Positions 27,805 to 36,928 of a stretch of 56,307 nucleotides of DNA are shown here, piece by piece (the first letter of the stretch is position 1; the number at the start of each line of letters is the position of its first letter). Made by a program: the position numbers and the translations under genes. Under the pieces are notes generated by a model. That model searched no databases, was not told where the DNA came from, and was given only the letters and a program-made list of their open reading frames with translations. Source of the stretch: an uncultured Clostridium sp. (GTDB lineage: Bacteria; Bacillota; Clostridia; Ch29); contig CAZGUG010000003.1 of assembly GCA_964529035.1 (NCBI GenBank), positions 1-56,307 of the forward strand. The letters run 5' to 3'.

Positions 27805-28926
27805 TTAAAACGCATTGATAACCTGGTCTTTACCTGCTTCCTTCGCCATATACATGAACTTGTCAACCCTTTTCATCAAAGTGTCAATATTGTCTCCGGG
27901 TTTGAATGAATCTATACCGAAACTGCAGGTTATCTGTCCGACCGGCTCGAAATAGGTGCAGCAGATCCGTGTCCTAAGCCTGTGTGCCAGCCGTGTGGCA
28001 TCCTCCTTGTCTGTATCCGGAAGTATAATGGCAAATTCCTCGCCGCCCCAGCGCGAGAAAAAATCGGTTTCCCTTATCATAAGCTTAACAAGTTCTGTAA
28101 CGTTAACAATTATTTTATCCCCGACCGCATGCCCGAAGCTGTCATTTATTCTTTTAAAGTCGTCTATATCGAATAGTATCAGGGACAACTGTCCTCCATA
28201 TCTGTGCATATGCCTTATATACCTATGCAGTTCTTCTTCAAACCTGTGCCTGTTGTAAATACCGGTAAGGGAATCCCTTGACGAAAGCCTGGTAAGCTCC
28301 TTATTGTTGGCAAACTGTATTCGTTTGTGCCGGCTCATCTGAAAAGAGGATATTGCAGACAGCGCAATCACTATTGTTGTATTTGTTATGGATGCGGCCA
28401 ATTCACGGCTGCTTACCTGCGGGAAAATCTTGAAACATATCAAAAAGAAGCCAATGCTTATTATTAATGATATCAGGACCTTGTAGCTCCAGCGGTTTGG
28501 CATGATGTACACCACTATCAGCACAATCATTATGTTAAAGGTTTGTATTAAAAAGTTGGGAGCCTCGTAGTTGTAAAAAACATGTATTATAAAACCGGCC
28601 CCTATAATTTCATACAGGGTCAGGCTTAAAAAAAATTCATTTATACTCCTGCCCTTTTTAAGCCATATGTGAAACAGTATGCTGACAGACAAAAACAAGG
28701 CCCTGTTTAATAAAAGCAGGTTAAAGGTATGCCGGTTTGCTGTCAGGAAGGTATCAGAAACGGCAAAGGAAAAATACAAAATCCCCAGCAGCAATACGGC
28801 CGGCCTTGCAAATCTCACAGAATGCATGGCTTCATGGCCTGCAAATTCCTTTTCCAACTCTTTGTCAACAAACTCCCCCAGAAATGACAATCGAACCCGG
28901 AAGTCCTTTCCCCCTAAAACCCCCAA
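27805..28926 (-). CDS. Membrane-bound diguanylate cyclase
   Basis: About 5-6 N-terminal TMs; DSLTGIYNR, DIDDFKRIND and RWGGEEF with an RxxD I-site (RETD). Confidence 0.93.
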   Translation of the reverse strand: MGVLGGKDFRVRLSFLGEFVDKELEKEFAGHEAMHSVRFARPAVLLLGILYFSFAVSDTFLTANRHTFNLLLLNRALFLSVSILFHIWLKKGRSINEFFLSLTLYEIIGAGFIIHVFYNYEAPNFLIQTFNIMIVLIVVYIMPNRWSYKVLISLIISIGFFLICFKIFPQVSSRELAASITNTTIVIALSAISSFQMSRHKRIQFANNKELTRLSSRDSLTGIYNRHRFEEELHRYIRHMHRYGGQLSLILFDIDDFKRINDSFGHAVGDKIIVNVTELVKLMIRETDFFSRWGGEEFAIILPDTDKEDATRLAHRLRTRICCTYFEPVGQITCSFGIDSFKPGDNIDTLMKRVDKFMYMAKEAGKDQVINAF

Positions 28927-29003
28927 TTAAAAACTCCCCCTTGGTCGACCATTTATAACATTATATTCTATTTTTCACCATTTTAAAAGGATAATACCGA
29001 AAT

Positions 29004-30308
29004 TTATTGTTTTTTGCTTTTCAAATACTCATAATACCCCTTCATGTTCTTTTCCGAACCCTGGTCAGTCGGGACATAATAACCGGCACCTTCCAGTTCT
29101 TCCGGCAGATACTGCTGTTTTACAAAATGCCCGGGGTAGTCGTGGGGATACTTGTACCCCCTGCCATGTCCGAGTTTTGAGGCGCCTTTGTAACCGGCAT
29201 CCCTTAGATGCATGGGAACTTCACCTATCTTCCTGTCCCTTATATCCCCAAGAGCACGGTTTATTGCCAGGTAAGCCGAATTTGACTTGGGAGAAAGCGT
29301 CACCATCAGTGCCGCTTCAGCCAATATTATTCTTGCCTCCGGCATCCCGATCATCCGTACCGCTTCTGCGGCGGCAACAGCCACTTCAAGGGCCCTGGGA
29401 TTTGCAAGGCCTACATCCTCCGCTGCGGCGATGACAATTCTTCGGGCTATGAAGTTTATATCTTCACCTGCATGGAGCATCCTTGCAAGGTAATGGATAG
29501 CCGCCTGGGGCTCCGAACCCCTCATACTCTTTATGAATGCGGAAATGATGTCGTAGTGCTGGTCGCCGGATTTGTCATACCGAAGTGCCCTCTGCTGTAT
29601 CGAGTTTTCCGCCTCCTCAAGCCCTATCGATATTCTGCCCTCCCTGTCGGGCGGAGTTGTCTTTACTGCAAGCTCAAGGGCGTTGAGCGCCCGTCTTGCG
29701 TCCCCGTCACTCACATCGGCTATATGTTTCATAGCACTGTCTTCTATCCGGACGAAAATCCCGTCCAATACTTTATGGACGGTTTCTATGGCCCTCTCAA
29801 GAAGCAACTTTATGTCCCGAAAATCAAGGGGATAAAACCTGAACACCGTTGAACGCGATATTAAAGACTTGTTAATTTCAAAATACGGATTCTCTGTGGT
29901 GGCCCCTATCAGAACGATGGTACCGTTCTCCACATAGGGAAGCAGTACGTCCTGCTGTCCTTTATTGAGACGGTGTATTTCATCAAAGAAAAGCAGTATC
30001 TTGCCTCCGGGTGTAAGTATTTGATTGGCGGCTTCCTCCGCAATCTGCCTTATATCCTTCACTCCGGCGGATACTGCGCTCAATTGTCTGAATTTGTAAC
30101 TGCTCTCACTGGCTATTACCCTTGCAAGGGTGGTTTTACCGGTACCCGGGGGGCCGTAAAATATTGCCGAAGACAGCATATCAGCCTTAATGAGCCTGTA
30201 AAGCAGCATTCCCTTGCCTACAAGATGCTTCTGCCCCGCAAAATCCTCCAGCTTCTCCGGCCTCATCAGGTGAGCCAGCGGTATATTTATATTTTTGTTT
30301 TTCTTCAT
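29004..30308 (-). CDS. rarA: Replication-associated recombination protein A
   Basis: PLAHLMRP, GPPGTGKTT, DEIHRLNK, ATTENPYF, SAFIKSMRGS and YKYPHDY motifs. Confidence 0.96.
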   Translation of the reverse strand: MKKNKNINIPLAHLMRPEKLEDFAGQKHLVGKGMLLYRLIKADMLSSAIFYGPPGTGKTTLARVIASESSYKFRQLSAVSAGVKDIRQIAEEAANQILTPGGKILLFFDEIHRLNKGQQDVLLPYVENGTIVLIGATTENPYFEINKSLISRSTVFRFYPLDFRDIKLLLERAIETVHKVLDGIFVRIEDSAMKHIADVSDGDARRALNALELAVKTTPPDREGRISIGLEEAENSIQQRALRYDKSGDQHYDIISAFIKSMRGSEPQAAIHYLARMLHAGEDINFIARRIVIAAAEDVGLANPRALEVAVAAAEAVRMIGMPEARIILAEAALMVTLSPKSNSAYLAINRALGDIRDRKIGEVPMHLRDAGYKGASKLGHGRGYKYPHDYPGHFVKQQYLPEELEGAGYYVPTDQGSEKNMKGYYEYLKSKKQ

Positions 30309-30342
30309 TGAGTATTACCTCCGGTCCCGATACCAAACCCGC

Positions 30343-31419
30343 TTATTCCACCAGTATCTTCCTAACATATGGTGAAGTCATGCCTCCCAGCATCCCACCG
30401 TATGTGAGGTCAAAGGATAATATATCGCCTACCCGGCAGTCTTCTTCGCAGTCGGATATATCGAGTATTGTATGATCGCTGCTGCCCCCCAGTACAATTA
30501 TTCCACTGTCATGGGGAACAAGGGTATCCGGCTGTATATCCTGCTTTCCTACTGCTATTATTGCCCTTTTTCTTATACCCCGGTCTGTGAACACAGGGAC
30601 TTTGCCAAAGGCGTCTACGCCTATCTCGCCTATGGGTATGGACGGCTTCTCCTTAACCTCAACTATTTCAGCCTTCAGCACAAAGGTATCGTTATGAAAG
30701 TTGTCCCTTTCAATCCCGAAAATTGTCTCCCTTCCCAGAAGTATTGCCTCACCAATTCTCAGATTATTAATTCTTTCCGGCATCAGGCCTTTATAAACAA
30801 GATGCAAACTGCTGGAATTACCCCCGGAAACAATGCCGACTTCGACACCGTATTTCTTTTCAATTTTTTCTGCATATTCCGCAAGGGAGCTCAGGTTTTC
30901 CACGCTGGGCACCACCCCACCGTAGCAGGACAGGTTGGTGCCCAGGCCGGCAACTTCAATGCCTTCAATATCCAGCAGGCGGCCGTAGGCTGCAATTATC
31001 TCGTCCAGCCAGAAGCCTTCCCTTAAATCTCCTATGTCCACCATTGCCAAAACCCTCTGTACGGTACCTTTCCTGCTTGCTTTTTTACCAAGCTCCTCGG
31101 CGGTGCTTATTTCGGATATCAAAACCATGTCTGCAAAGTCAATCACATCGTCCAGTTCACTTATCATGGGAACTCTCAACAGCACCTTTTCCGCGTCCAT
31201 GTTTTTTAACTTTTGCAGGTTTTCTAGCCGGGAATCCGCCAGGGCTTTGGCTCCGCCTTTTATTAAGCTTTTCGCTATTTCGGGATATGCACAGAAACCC
31301 TTAGTGACAGCAGTAACGTCTATGTTTAATGCACTGCACAGTTTCACCGTTTTGCTACAGTTGCTTTCTATTTTTTTTAGATAAACCTCTATTCTTGGAT
31401 ATCGGTCCATGCTTTTCAC
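30343..31419 (-). CDS. Alanine/ornithine racemase-family PLP enzyme (Orr-like)
   Basis: YPRIEV, VTK (PLP Lys), DSRLENL, GDLREG, NLSCYGG, SGGNSS, LRIGE and GSSDH motifs. Confidence 0.85.
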   Translation of the reverse strand: MKSMDRYPRIEVYLKKIESNCSKTVKLCSALNIDVTAVTKGFCAYPEIAKSLIKGGAKALADSRLENLQKLKNMDAEKVLLRVPMISELDDVIDFADMVLISEISTAEELGKKASRKGTVQRVLAMVDIGDLREGFWLDEIIAAYGRLLDIEGIEVAGLGTNLSCYGGVVPSVENLSSLAEYAEKIEKKYGVEVGIVSGGNSSSLHLVYKGLMPERINNLRIGEAILLGRETIFGIERDNFHNDTFVLKAEIVEVKEKPSIPIGEIGVDAFGKVPVFTDRGIRKRAIIAVGKQDIQPDTLVPHDSGIIVLGGSSDHTILDISDCEEDCRVGDILSFDLTYGGMLGGMTSPYVRKILVE

Positions 31420-31432
31420 TCCAATCCGCCTT

Positions 31433-32446
31433 TTAACAAACCTTATCGGGTGTTATATCTTCAATTCCTGTGCATCCTGTCATAAGCATTGTCTCTTTCA
31501 GTTCGTTAATTAGCTTCTCTGTATACATACTGACAGCCTCGGCTCCGTTTCCAACAGCCATAACGGCATAGGGCCTTCCTACAAGAACCGCATCGGCGCC
31601 CAATGCAAGGGCTTTAAAAACATCCACCCCTGTCCTTATGCCGCCGTCAACAAAAATCTTGACCTCTTTACCAACGGCTTGTCTTATTTCGGGCAGTACT
31701 TCACATGTGGCGGGAGTATAGTCCAGCACCCTTCCGCCGTGATTGGATACCACAATACCGTAAACACCTGCCTCGGCAGCCTTTTCCGCGCCCCTTGCCG
31801 TCATAATCCCCTTAGGTATAAACGGAAGTTTAGTAAAGGATACTATTTCGGCAAGGTCCTCAACGGTTTTGGAGAATACCGGTTTGCCCGATTTTGCCAG
31901 GTGTATAAGCCCTGCAGAATCTATGTCCATGGCAACCGCCATGGCCCCAATCTTTTCAACAGTTTTTATCTTTTGGAATACTTCTTCCTTCTTCCATGGT
32001 TTTAAGGTAGGCACTGCTATTCCGCCGGTATCTTTTATCGGTTCCAGCGGAGCACTAAAGCAGACGTCGTCGGCGCCGTCCCCTGTAAAGGCTGCACACC
32101 CGGCCTTTACGGTACCTGTCACCACTGCAGCGGCATAGTCGGCTTCACTTATAACGTCATTATAATTAAACCTGAAACCCCCTATGGGAGCTGCAAAAAT
32201 GGGAGCCTTGAAGCTGTGGCCGAATAGTTCAACCGAAGTGTCCTGTCCTTCGTTCCGGTAAATAGTATCCATTACAATTCTAACCCTTGCCAGGTATTCA
32301 TAGTTCCTTATAAAACTGCTGCCTGTACCCTTTCCGCCTACCCCCGGCACTTTTCCCCTGCAGGCAACCCCGTTGCACTCTCTGCATACCATACAGTGGG
32401 GCGCCAGTATCTCCCTGGCTCTGCCTAAAACCGTGTTGTAATCCAT
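31433..32446 (-). CDS. FMN-dependent alpha-hydroxy-acid dehydrogenase family protein
   Basis: CMVCRECNGVAC N-terminus, PKGIMT, VSNHGGRVLD, DGGIRTG and VGRP motifs. Confidence 0.9.
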   Translation of the reverse strand: MDYNTVLGRAREILAPHCMVCRECNGVACRGKVPGVGGKGTGSSFIRNYEYLARVRIVMDTIYRNEGQDTSVELFGHSFKAPIFAAPIGGFRFNYNDVISEADYAAAVVTGTVKAGCAAFTGDGADDVCFSAPLEPIKDTGGIAVPTLKPWKKEEVFQKIKTVEKIGAMAVAMDIDSAGLIHLAKSGKPVFSKTVEDLAEIVSFTKLPFIPKGIMTARGAEKAAEAGVYGIVVSNHGGRVLDYTPATCEVLPEIRQAVGKEVKIFVDGGIRTGVDVFKALALGADAVLVGRPYAVMAVGNGAEAVSMYTEKLINELKETMLMTGCTGIEDITPDKVC

Positions 32447-32462
32447 TTCGCACCTCCAACAA

Positions 32463-33704
32463 TTATGTTATTTCACTGTACAGCGGATAATCGGCACAAA
32501 GTCTGCGCACCCTTGTTCTCGCTTCTTCCTTTCCATCAGGATTTTTAATTATATATGAGATTATCCCTGCTATTTCCTCCATCTCTTTTTCTGCCATGCC
32601 CCGGGTTGTAACCGCCGGCGTACCGACCCTTATTCCGCTGGTCACAAACGGGCTTTCCGGGTCATAGGGTATTGTGTTCTTGTTGACGGTTATTCCTACG
32701 TCATCCAACAGCGTTTCGGCCTGCTTGCCGCTTATTTTTTGGTTTCTCAAATCAATCAGCATCAGGTGGTTGTCGGTACCCCCAGAAACTATTCTGAAAT
32801 CCCTTTTTGCAAGCTCTTGGGCCAGCCGCACGGCATTTTTTATTATCTGCTTTTGGTATTCTTTGAACTCTGAGGTCATTGCTTCCTTAAAGCTCATCGC
32901 TTTGGCCGCGATAACATGCATTAGCGGTCCGCCCTGGGTACCGGGAAAAATCGCCTTGTCAATGCTTTTTGCAAACTCGGCCTTGCAGAGTATTGCCCCC
33001 CCACGGGGCCCCCTTAGGGTTTTATGAGTGGTGGTGGTCACGAAATGCGCATGGGGAACGGGATTTGAATGCAGGCCTGCTGCCACAAGCCCGGCAATAT
33101 GAGCCATGTCCACCATCAGCAGCGCCCCTGCGCTGTCTGCAATTTCTTTCAGCTTTGCAAAGTCAATAATCCTGGGGTATGCGCTTGCACCCGCCACTAT
33201 CAGCCTGGGCCTGCTCTTTTTTGCTATTTTTTCTACTCTGTCATAATCTATCATTTCAGTTGTTTTGTCCACACCGTAGGGCACGAAGTTAAAATATTTC
33301 CCCGACAGGTTTACCGGGCTTCCATGGGTCAGGTGACCCCCGTGGGAAAGGTCCATTCCCATAACGGTATCACCCGGCCCAAGGACTGCAAAATATACCG
33401 CCAGGTTTGCATTGGCCCCCGAATGGGGCTGAACATTGGCATGGTCGGCGCCGAAAAGCCTTTTAAGTCGTTCCCTGGCCAGGTCTTCCACCACGTCAAC
33501 ATGCTCGCAGCCTCCGTAGTACCTTTTCCCCGGGTAACCTTCGGCGTACTTATTGGTAAGGTGGTTCCCCATGGCTTCCATAACCGATGTGCTGACGAAG
33601 TTCTCGGAAGCTATCAGTTCAATCTTGCTTCTCTGCCTTTCGAGTTCATTGGTGATGGATGCATATAATTCAGGGTCGTTTTTTTTCAATCTCAAAAATT
33701 CCAA
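32463..33704 (-). CDS. glyA: Serine hydroxymethyltransferase
   Basis: [40 protein letters not shown] and SGIRVGTPA motifs. Confidence 0.99.
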   Translation of the reverse strand: MEFLRLKKNDPELYASITNELERQRSKIELIASENFVSTSVMEAMGNHLTNKYAEGYPGKRYYGGCEHVDVVEDLARERLKRLFGADHANVQPHSGANANLAVYFAVLGPGDTVMGMDLSHGGHLTHGSPVNLSGKYFNFVPYGVDKTTEMIDYDRVEKIAKKSRPRLIVAGASAYPRIIDFAKLKEIADSAGALLMVDMAHIAGLVAAGLHSNPVPHAHFVTTTTHKTLRGPRGGAILCKAEFAKSIDKAIFPGTQGGPLMHVIAAKAMSFKEAMTSEFKEYQKQIIKNAVRLAQELAKRDFRIVSGGTDNHLMLIDLRNQKISGKQAETLLDDVGITVNKNTIPYDPESPFVTSGIRVGTPAVTTRGMAEKEMEEIAGIISYIIKNPDGKEEARTRVRRLCADYPLYSEIT

Positions 33705-33736
33705 ATTTCCCCCTCCAATACTGTTTGCTAACTATT

Positions 33737-33765
33737 ATTATATTTTTAAAAGGCTGATTATACAA
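33737..33765 (-). promoter_or_regulatory. sigmaA-type promoter for glyA
   Basis: TTGTAT-17 nt-TATAAT. Confidence 0.65.
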
Positions 33766-33771
33766 GCCCTA

Positions 33772-34461
33772 CTATTTGTTACCGCTGTATCCAATCAGAT
33801 CCCTGACTGCTTCCCCCGCAGCAATCAGGCCCGCCACCGGTGGTACAAAGGAGACGCTTCCCGGCATGCGTTGTTTAACCGGGCTTTCGGTTGAATAGAC
33901 AACCTTAAGCCTTTGTATATTCCTCCTTTTCAGTTCCCTTCTCATAACCCTGGCCAACGGGCAAACGCTGGTTTCATATATGTCCGCCACACGAAAAAAC
34001 CGGGGGTCAAGCTTATTGCCGGCCCCCATGCTGCTTATCATCCTTATGTTCATTGAACTACACCTTACTATCAGTTCAATCTTTGAAGATACCATGTCTA
34101 TCGCGTCAATCACATAGTCATAGTCCGTGTGAAGCAGCTGCTCGGAGCTTTCTGAGCTGTACAGTCTCTTTACCGCCGTAACACGGGCGTCGGGGTTTAT
34201 TTCAAGGATTCTTTCCTTCATCACCTCGACCTTTGGCTTTCCCACAGTACCGGTTGTGGCATGTATCTGTCTGTTTATATTGGTTATGCATACATCGTCA
34301 TGGTCAACAAGCACGATATTCCCAACACCGCACCGGGCCAGGGCCTCTGCGGCAAAACTTCCCACGCCCCCCACCCCGAAAACGGCCACTTTGCTTTTTT
34401 TCAACAAATCCAGGCCTTCCCTGCCGATTAAGATTTCTGTTCTCGAAAAACTATGTAACAC
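33772..34461 (-). CDS. tcdA: tRNA threonylcarbamoyladenosine dehydratase (ThiF family, YrvM/TcdA)
   Basis: FSRTEILIG, FGVGGVGS, TNINRQIHA, SSMGAGNKLDP, CPLARVMR and SFVPPVAG motifs. Confidence 0.88.
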   Translation of the reverse strand: MLHSFSRTEILIGREGLDLLKKSKVAVFGVGGVGSFAAEALARCGVGNIVLVDHDDVCITNINRQIHATTGTVGKPKVEVMKERILEINPDARVTAVKRLYSSESSEQLLHTDYDYVIDAIDMVSSKIELIVRCSSMNIRMISSMGAGNKLDPRFFRVADIYETSVCPLARVMRRELKRRNIQRLKVVYSTESPVKQRMPGSVSFVPPVAGLIAAGEAVRDLIGYSGNK

Positions 34462-34519
34462 TTAATATTCCTCCACAAACATATTTTTAATAAGAATACA
34501 AAAAAACAGGGGCAAGAAA

Positions 34520-34702
34520 AATCCCCACTATGCCGTGGTCGGTTGTTTTGAACCTGCTCACGCAGGTGGGTATCCTCCTGAATATCTTACATGTCCCCTC
34601 GTGGGAGGCTTATGTGCCACATCCAGAGCTCAGATTCCCTATGTCATAATGTTGGCTCAAAACTATACCGATAATCACGTACACAGCAGGGCTGCTCCCT
34701 CT
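34520..34702 (-). ncRNA. ssrS: 6S RNA
   Basis: ~180-nt segment with its own promoter between aspS and tcdA, the locus of B. subtilis 6S-1 (bsrA); contains TTTGAGCCAACATT and ACCCACCTGC..GCAGGTTCAAAA segments I recognise from clostridial 6S. Ends approximate. Confidence 0.85.
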
Positions 34703-34712
34703 GTTTAATCTA

Positions 34713-34741
34713 ATGATATCATAGTGGTTTTTCATTTTCAA
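34713..34741 (-). promoter_or_regulatory. sigmaA promoter for 6S RNA
   Basis: TTGAAA-17 nt-TATCAT with TGn extension. Confidence 0.7.
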
Positions 34742-34845
34742 CTAATACAATTTACCATAATGCTGCCATCAGGCCTCCATAGTCTTATTATTCTCAGCCT
34801 TTCGGGTAAAAATGCAGCCTTATTTATGGCTTTCCACCCTATTCT

Positions 34846-35073
34846 TTATTCAAGCTTCTGGTCCAGTCTGCTTTTGTCAAAACCTACTATGAATTCATCA
34901 TCAATGGCTATTACCGGTACAGCCATGATTCCTCTTTCCATAAGCTCTTTCCTGGCCTGGGTGTCCTGCTGCACATCCTTTTCCTCAAAGTCCACGCCTT
35001 TTTGCGAAAGATACTCCTTCGCTGTTATACAGTGGGGTCATGTCTTTGTCGTATAAACAACAACCCTGTCCAT
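34846..35073 (-). CDS. Selenocysteine-containing glutaredoxin/NrdH-like protein (U12-P-H-C15), 75 aa; not in the ORF track
   Basis: MDRVVVYTTKT[TGA]PHCITAKEYLSQKGVDFEEKDVQQDTQARKELMERGIMAVPVIAIDDEFIVGFDKSRLDQKLE*; the TGA (35038-35040) is at the first redox Cys position; RBS GGGAGGG. Confidence 0.85.
34992..35037 (-). promoter_or_regulatory. Candidate bacterial SECIS element
   Basis: GCGAAGGA-GTA-TCTTTCGC hairpin (35004-35022) starting 15 nt after the UGA, with G in the apical loop; possible lower CCAC/GTGG pairing. Confidence 0.65.
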
Positions 35074-35150
35074 ATTATCCCTCCCAATTGAATTAATTTT
35101 ACTGCCTGTAAATAGAATACCCACAAATCCCATTTAAAAACATGCCTTTG

Positions 35151-36923
35151 TTAATCCAAGTCAAGTTTGATGTGGATTTCCCTAAGCTGTTCCTTGTCCG
35201 CTTCGGCCGGTGCTTCGGTCATAAGGCAGGCGGCATTCTGTGTCTTGGGGAACGCTATCACATCCCTTATATTGTCTTTTCCCGCCACCAGCATAACCAG
35301 CCTGTCAAGCCCGTACGCAATACCGCCGTGGGGCGGTGCCCCGTACTTAAAAGCCTCCAGCAGGAAACCGAACTTTTCCCGGGCCTTCTCCCGGGTAAAA
35401 CCCAGTACATTAAACATTTTCTGCTGCAGTCGGCTGTCGTGTATTCTTATACTTCCCCCTCCTAGCTCTATGCCGTTTACCACCAGGTCGTAGGCATTCG
35501 CCCGCACCTGTTCGGGATGTGTATCCAAAAGCTCAATATCCTCCCGTACCGGCGATGTAAAGGGATGATGCACCGCAACAAACCTGTTCAGTTCACTGTC
35601 ATGCTCCAACAGTGGAAAATGCGTGACCCATGTGAAGCTGTACACGCCTTTGTCTGCCAGCCCCAGCCTTCTGCCAATCTCAAGCCGCAGCTGTCCCAGC
35701 GAATCGTATACTATCCCGGGTTTATCGGCCACAATGAGCAACAGGTCGCCCGCTTCCGCGCCCATTCTTTTTGCAACTGCATCCAATTCTTCCCCGGTTA
35801 GAAACTTGGCTATGGGAGATTTTATTTCGCTTTCGGTTATTACCATCCATGCAAGTCCCTTTGCCCCGTATTGTTTTACGAATTCTGTCAGGGCATCTAT
35901 TTCCCTGCGGCTGAATTTTACTCCGCAGCCCTTGGCGTTTATACCCCGGATTTGTCCGCCGCCCCTGGCTGTTTCGCCAAACACCCTGAACTCCGAATCC
36001 TTAACCAAATCTGTTATGTCGGTAAGTTTCATGCCGAACCTGGTGTCCGGCTTGTCGGAACCGTAGTTTTCCAACGCCTGTTTATGGGTCATTCTCTCAA
36101 AGGGCGTTGTCAGCCTGACGCCAAGGTTTTTTTCGAATACATAGGCAATAAGCTTTTCGTTTATATCCATAACGTCTTCAGCATCCACAAAGGACATTTC
36201 AATATCAATCTGCGTAAACTCGGGCTGTCTGTCCGCCCTTAGGTCTTCATCCCTGAAACAGCGTGCAATCTGGAAGTATTTATCCACCCCCGAGGCCATC
36301 AGCAGCTGTTTGAAAAGCTGTGGAGACTGGGGAAGCGCAAAAAACTTGCCCGGGTTAACCCTGCTGGGAACCAGGTAATCCCTTGCCCCTTCCGGTGTGG
36401 GTTTTGTCAGCATCGGTGTCTCGATTTCCCAGAAACCGTTTTTGTCAAGAAACTCGCGCACATCCATGGTAAGCCGGTGGCGCAGCCTTAGGCTGTTCTG
36501 CATTGAAGGCCTTCTTAAATCAAGATACCTGTACTTGAGCCGGAGAACCTCGGTAATGTTGGAATTATCCTCGATGTATACCGGCGGTGTCTCTGCCCTG
36601 CTCAGCACCTCTATGACCTCGCCCATTATTTCTATTTCCCCGGTCTTCAGCTTGGGGTTCACCGCATCCTTTTTCCTTTTTACCACGGTACCTTTTATCC
36701 CCACCACGTATTCGCTTCTCAGGGTCCCGGCTGTTTCAAAGGCCTGCATCGATACTTCTCCGTCAGCCACCACCTGTACTATTCCGGTTCTGTCCCTTAT
36801 ATCCAGAAAGATAAGCCCTCCCAGATCCCTTCTTCTTTGTACCCAACCTGCCACCACAGCCCGGGTTCCCGTGTCTTCTACAGCCAGATGCCCGCACATG
36901 TGTGTTCTTTTAAGTCCTTCCAT
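35151..36923 (-). CDS. aspS: Aspartate--tRNA ligase
   Basis: RRRDLGGLIFLD, LKYRYLDLRR, PEGARDYLVP, ALPQSPQLFKQ, HHPFT and PPHGGIAYGLDR motifs. Confidence 0.99.
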   Translation of the reverse strand: MEGLKRTHMCGHLAVEDTGTRAVVAGWVQRRRDLGGLIFLDIRDRTGIVQVVADGEVSMQAFETAGTLRSEYVVGIKGTVVKRKKDAVNPKLKTGEIEIMGEVIEVLSRAETPPVYIEDNSNITEVLRLKYRYLDLRRPSMQNSLRLRHRLTMDVREFLDKNGFWEIETPMLTKPTPEGARDYLVPSRVNPGKFFALPQSPQLFKQLLMASGVDKYFQIARCFRDEDLRADRQPEFTQIDIEMSFVDAEDVMDINEKLIAYVFEKNLGVRLTTPFERMTHKQALENYGSDKPDTRFGMKLTDITDLVKDSEFRVFGETARGGGQIRGINAKGCGVKFSRREIDALTEFVKQYGAKGLAWMVITESEIKSPIAKFLTGEELDAVAKRMGAEAGDLLLIVADKPGIVYDSLGQLRLEIGRRLGLADKGVYSFTWVTHFPLLEHDSELNRFVAVHHPFTSPVREDIELLDTHPEQVRANAYDLVVNGIELGGGSIRIHDSRLQQKMFNVLGFTREKAREKFGFLLEAFKYGAPPHGGIAYGLDRLVMLVAGKDNIRDVIAFPKTQNAACLMTEAPAEADKEQLREIHIKLDLD

Positions 36924-36928
36924 ACCTT

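Noticed and set aside
33705-33771. Glycine or ZTP riboswitch before glyA; likewise preQ1 before queA/tgt and M-box before mgtE
   Set aside because: The intergenic gaps are too short or lack the conserved aptamer motifs; the glyA gap holds only a promoter and RBS.
34752-34769. Mini-ORF MAALW with GGAGG upstream of the 6S promoter
   Set aside because: The SD-ATG spacing is only 4 nt and there are just 5 codons; no supporting evidence.
34724-35056. 110-aa plus-strand ORF, and the reading of the glutaredoxin as a nonsense pseudogene
   Set aside because: The ORF is the antisense shadow of the redoxin. The single TGA falls on the catalytic position with a SECIS-like hairpin and the rest of the frame is intact, so recoding fits better.
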